A stretch of 64,000 nucleotides of DNA from an uncultured delta proteobacterium (GTDB lineage Bacteria > Myxococcota > Myxococcia > Myxococcales > Myxococcaceae). Position numbers and translations under genes: made by a program. The notes under the pieces were generated by a model. The model saw only the letters and a program-made list of their open reading frames with translations. It was not told where the DNA came from and made no database searches. Positions 62,144 through 64,000 of this stretch are shown one piece after another (positions within the stretch are counted from its first letter, which is position 1; every line of letters begins with the position of its first letter). Location: assembly GCA_963776345.1 (NCBI GenBank), contig CAVZMH010000015.1:96001-160000 (forward strand), written 5' to 3'.

Positions 62144-62270
62144 GAGCGATTGCCGGGAGTTCCGACAGTGGCCTACCCCCCCGCGGACTCCACGCTTCCG
62201 GCCTGTAGCAGTTTATTTGCCGGCTCTCACACCCGGGGGTAGGTGTCTGAGGATCCACCGCAATCCGCTC
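62144..62270. other. Long imperfect inverted repeat (rod-like hairpin) in divergent intergenic region
   Basis: Nested pairs GAGCGATTGC/GCAATCCGCTC, GACA/TGTC, CCTACCCCC/GGGGGTAGG, CCGGC/GCCGG share nearly the same axis. Confidence 0.5.
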
Positions 62271-62288
62271 GGGCGGTCCGGGGAGGGC

Positions 62289-64000
62289 ATGGTCGACAGC
62301 AGCGACTTGGCGCTGGTGCTCTCGGAGGCGGACGACATCGCCCAGAGCGTCTCTCAGAAGCCCACCACGGCGCACGCGGTCCTGGCGTTGTTCACCGTGG
62401 ACAACGCCGGGCAGCGGCTCCTCAAGGAACGGGGCGTCGACGAGGACCGGCTGCTCGCCCTGGTGAAGGCCGCGCCCATCGAGCCGGACGGGACGCTGCG
62501 GGAGCTCCGCGAGCGCGCCCGGGAGATCGCCCGCGCCTGTGGCTCGCGGGAGGCGGACTGCCTGCACCTCCTCATCGCCGTCACCCGGTTGCGGTGCGCG
62601 GGACACGAGCTGCTCGCCGGCACCGGGCTCGACCTCACCGCGGTGCGAAACACCGCCCTCTCCTACTTCCTCAGCGGGCGGATGCCCAGGAAGCTCGGGC
62701 CGCGGGATGCACGGGCCCCCGCCCGGCCGGCGCCGGTCCCGCCCCGCGCGCCCACCACGGTGGCGCTCCTGCCGGAGGGGTCGCCACGGGCGCTGGTCGA
62801 CTCGGACGGCGAGGCCCTCGCCGCGTTCCCCTTCCCCGCGCCCTCGCCGGCTCCCGCTCCGGGGCCGGTGCTCCGGGTGGTGACGCCGGCCGAGGAGCTC
62901 CCCTGGGAGCTCGATTCGGCCGCCTTCCCGCTCCTCGCCCAGCTCGGGCGGAACCTCACCGCCCTCGCCCACGAGGGCCGGCTGGATCCGGTGGTCGGCC
63001 GGGCCCGCCAGATGGAGGAGGTCCTCGACGTCCTCGGCAAGCGCCGCACCAACAACCCCTGCCTGGTGGGCGAGCCCGGCGTCGGCAAGACCGCGGTGGT
63101 CGAGGGGGTGGCCCAGCGGCTCCTCTCGGCGCCCGGGGACCTGGGCAAGAAGGTCGTCGTCGAGCTGTCCACCGCCGACCTCCTCGCCGGCACCTCGCTC
63201 CGGGGCTCGCTGTCGGAGCGGCTCAACGGCCTGAAGGAGGAGATGCGCCGCGCCTCCGGCCGGGTGGTGGTGTTCCTCGACGAGATCCACACCCTGGTCG
63301 GCGCCGGCTCCACCGGCGAGGGCGCCCAGGACGCGGCCAACGAGCTCAAGGGCGCGCTGGCCCGGGGCGAGTTCCCCTGCATCGGCGCGACCACCCACGA
63401 CGAGTTCCGGCGCTTCATCCAGGCCGACCCGGCGCTGGAGCGGCGGTTCACCGCGGTGGTGGTCCGCGAGCCAACGGTGCCCGAGACGGTGGAGATCCTC
63501 GCCGGGCTGCTGGCCCGCTACGAGGAGCACCACCGGGTGCGCTACGCCCGCGCGGCGGTGGAGGCGGCGGCCTCGCTCGCGGCCCGCTACGTCACCGACC
63601 GGCACAACCCCGACAAGGCGGTGTCCCTCCTGGACCTCGCCGGATCGCGCTGTGCGCGCGCGGGGCGGGACCGGGTCGAGGTGAAGGACGTCGCCGAGGT
63701 GGTGGCGCGCATCGCCGGGCTCCCCGTGGAGCGGCTCCTGACCGGAGACGCCGCCCGGCTCCTCCGACTCGAGGAGGAGCTCGGGGCGCGGGTGGTGGGC
63801 CACGCGGCGCCGGTGGAGCGGGTGGCCAAGGTGCTGCGGCGGAACTACGCCGGATTCGCCAGCCGCCGGCCCCTGGGGAGCTTCCTCTTCCTCGGGCCGA
63901 CGGGCGTGGGGAAGACCGAGCTGGCCCGCGCGCTGGCCGACGTGCTGTTCGGGACCCGCGACGCGCTCATCCGGCTGGACATGAGCGAGCTGTCCGAGTC
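62289..64000 (+). CDS. ATP-dependent Clp protease ATP-binding subunit (ClpA/ClpC type), runs off window end
   Basis: Not in ORF track (open at edge). ATG after GGAGG; Clp-N repeats, LDPVVGR, KRRTNNPCLVGEPGVGKTAVVEG, FLDEIH, IGATT, DPALERRF, PDKA, second Walker A FLGPTGVGKTE; no long ClpB middle domain. Confidence 0.93.
   Translation, partial: MVDSSDLALVLSEADDIAQSVSQKPTTAHAVLALFTVDNAGQRLLKERGVDEDRLLALVKAAPIEPDGTLRELRERAREIARACGSREADCLHLLIAVTRLRCAGHELLAGTGLDLTAVRNTALSYFLSGRMPRKLGPRDARAPARPAPVPPRAPTTVALLPEGSPRALVDSDGEALAAFPFPAPSPAPAPGPVLRVVTPAEELPWELDSAAFPLLAQLGRNLTALAHEGRLDPVVGRARQMEEVLDVLGKRRTNNPCLVGEPGVGKTAVVEGVAQRLLSAPGDLGKKVVVELSTADLLAGTSLRGSLSERLNGLKEEMRRASGRVVVFLDEIHTLVGAGSTGEGAQDAANELKGALARGEFPCIGATTHDEFRRFIQADPALERRFTAVVVREPTVPETVEILAGLLARYEEHHRVRYARAAVEAAASLAARYVTDRHNPDKAVSLLDLAGSRCARAGRDRVEVKDVAEVVARIAGLPVERLLTGDAARLLRLEEELGARVVGHAAPVERVAKVLRRNYAGFASRRPLGSFLFLGPTGVGKTELARALADVLFGTRDALIRLDMSELSE

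Noticed and set aside
52964..62288. Short Cys-rich precursor peptide for the DUF692 enzyme
   Set aside because: Intergenic gaps in the operon are tiny, and I found no convincing small ORF with RBS in the flanking spacers

Overview
Very GC-rich, gene-dense chromosomal segment from a myxobacterium (Myxococcota, Myxococcaceae/Archangiaceae-like), judged from clear tgl, frzS and ald-rpoE1 orthologues. Left to right: (1) minus-strand polA (5' part), an RHH-FHA protein, two large D-[A/G]-G-rich lipoproteins, a TPR protein, glyS/glyQ, recO, tgl, a lytic transglycosylase and two phasin-like genes; (2) a minus-strand run of hemB, DUF4177, RDD, a tandem ATP-grasp ligase, TetR and a DmpA peptidase, ending in a 34-aa basic microprotein absent from the ORF track; (3) a class II photolyase and a PHA-system protein; (4) a ~16 kb aromatic amino acid supercluster, with trpEGDCFBA converging on the full shikimate pathway and including AroC-AroK and AroQ-GAF fusions; (5) radical SAM, ald, rpoE1, anti-sigma, frzS, coaX, birA, lipoproteins, a double HARE-HTH/degenerate Mrr protein and a stand-alone ClpX zinc finger; (6) a Yip1-TolC-MFP-ABC-2x permease export operon that continues into a divergent DUF692 (MNIO) oxidase and a membrane-anchored unknown, divergent from a Clp ATPase. 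Non-coding highlights are a ~186-bp MITE-like element with CTAG ends in the recO stop codon and a ~127-nt symmetric rod-like hairpin in the yip1/clp intergenic region. Two genes carry frameshifts at short homopolymers, probably sequencing errors. I saw no rRNA, tRNA, CRISPR array, transposase or phage genes. All protein calls come from motif recognition by eye, not database searches.
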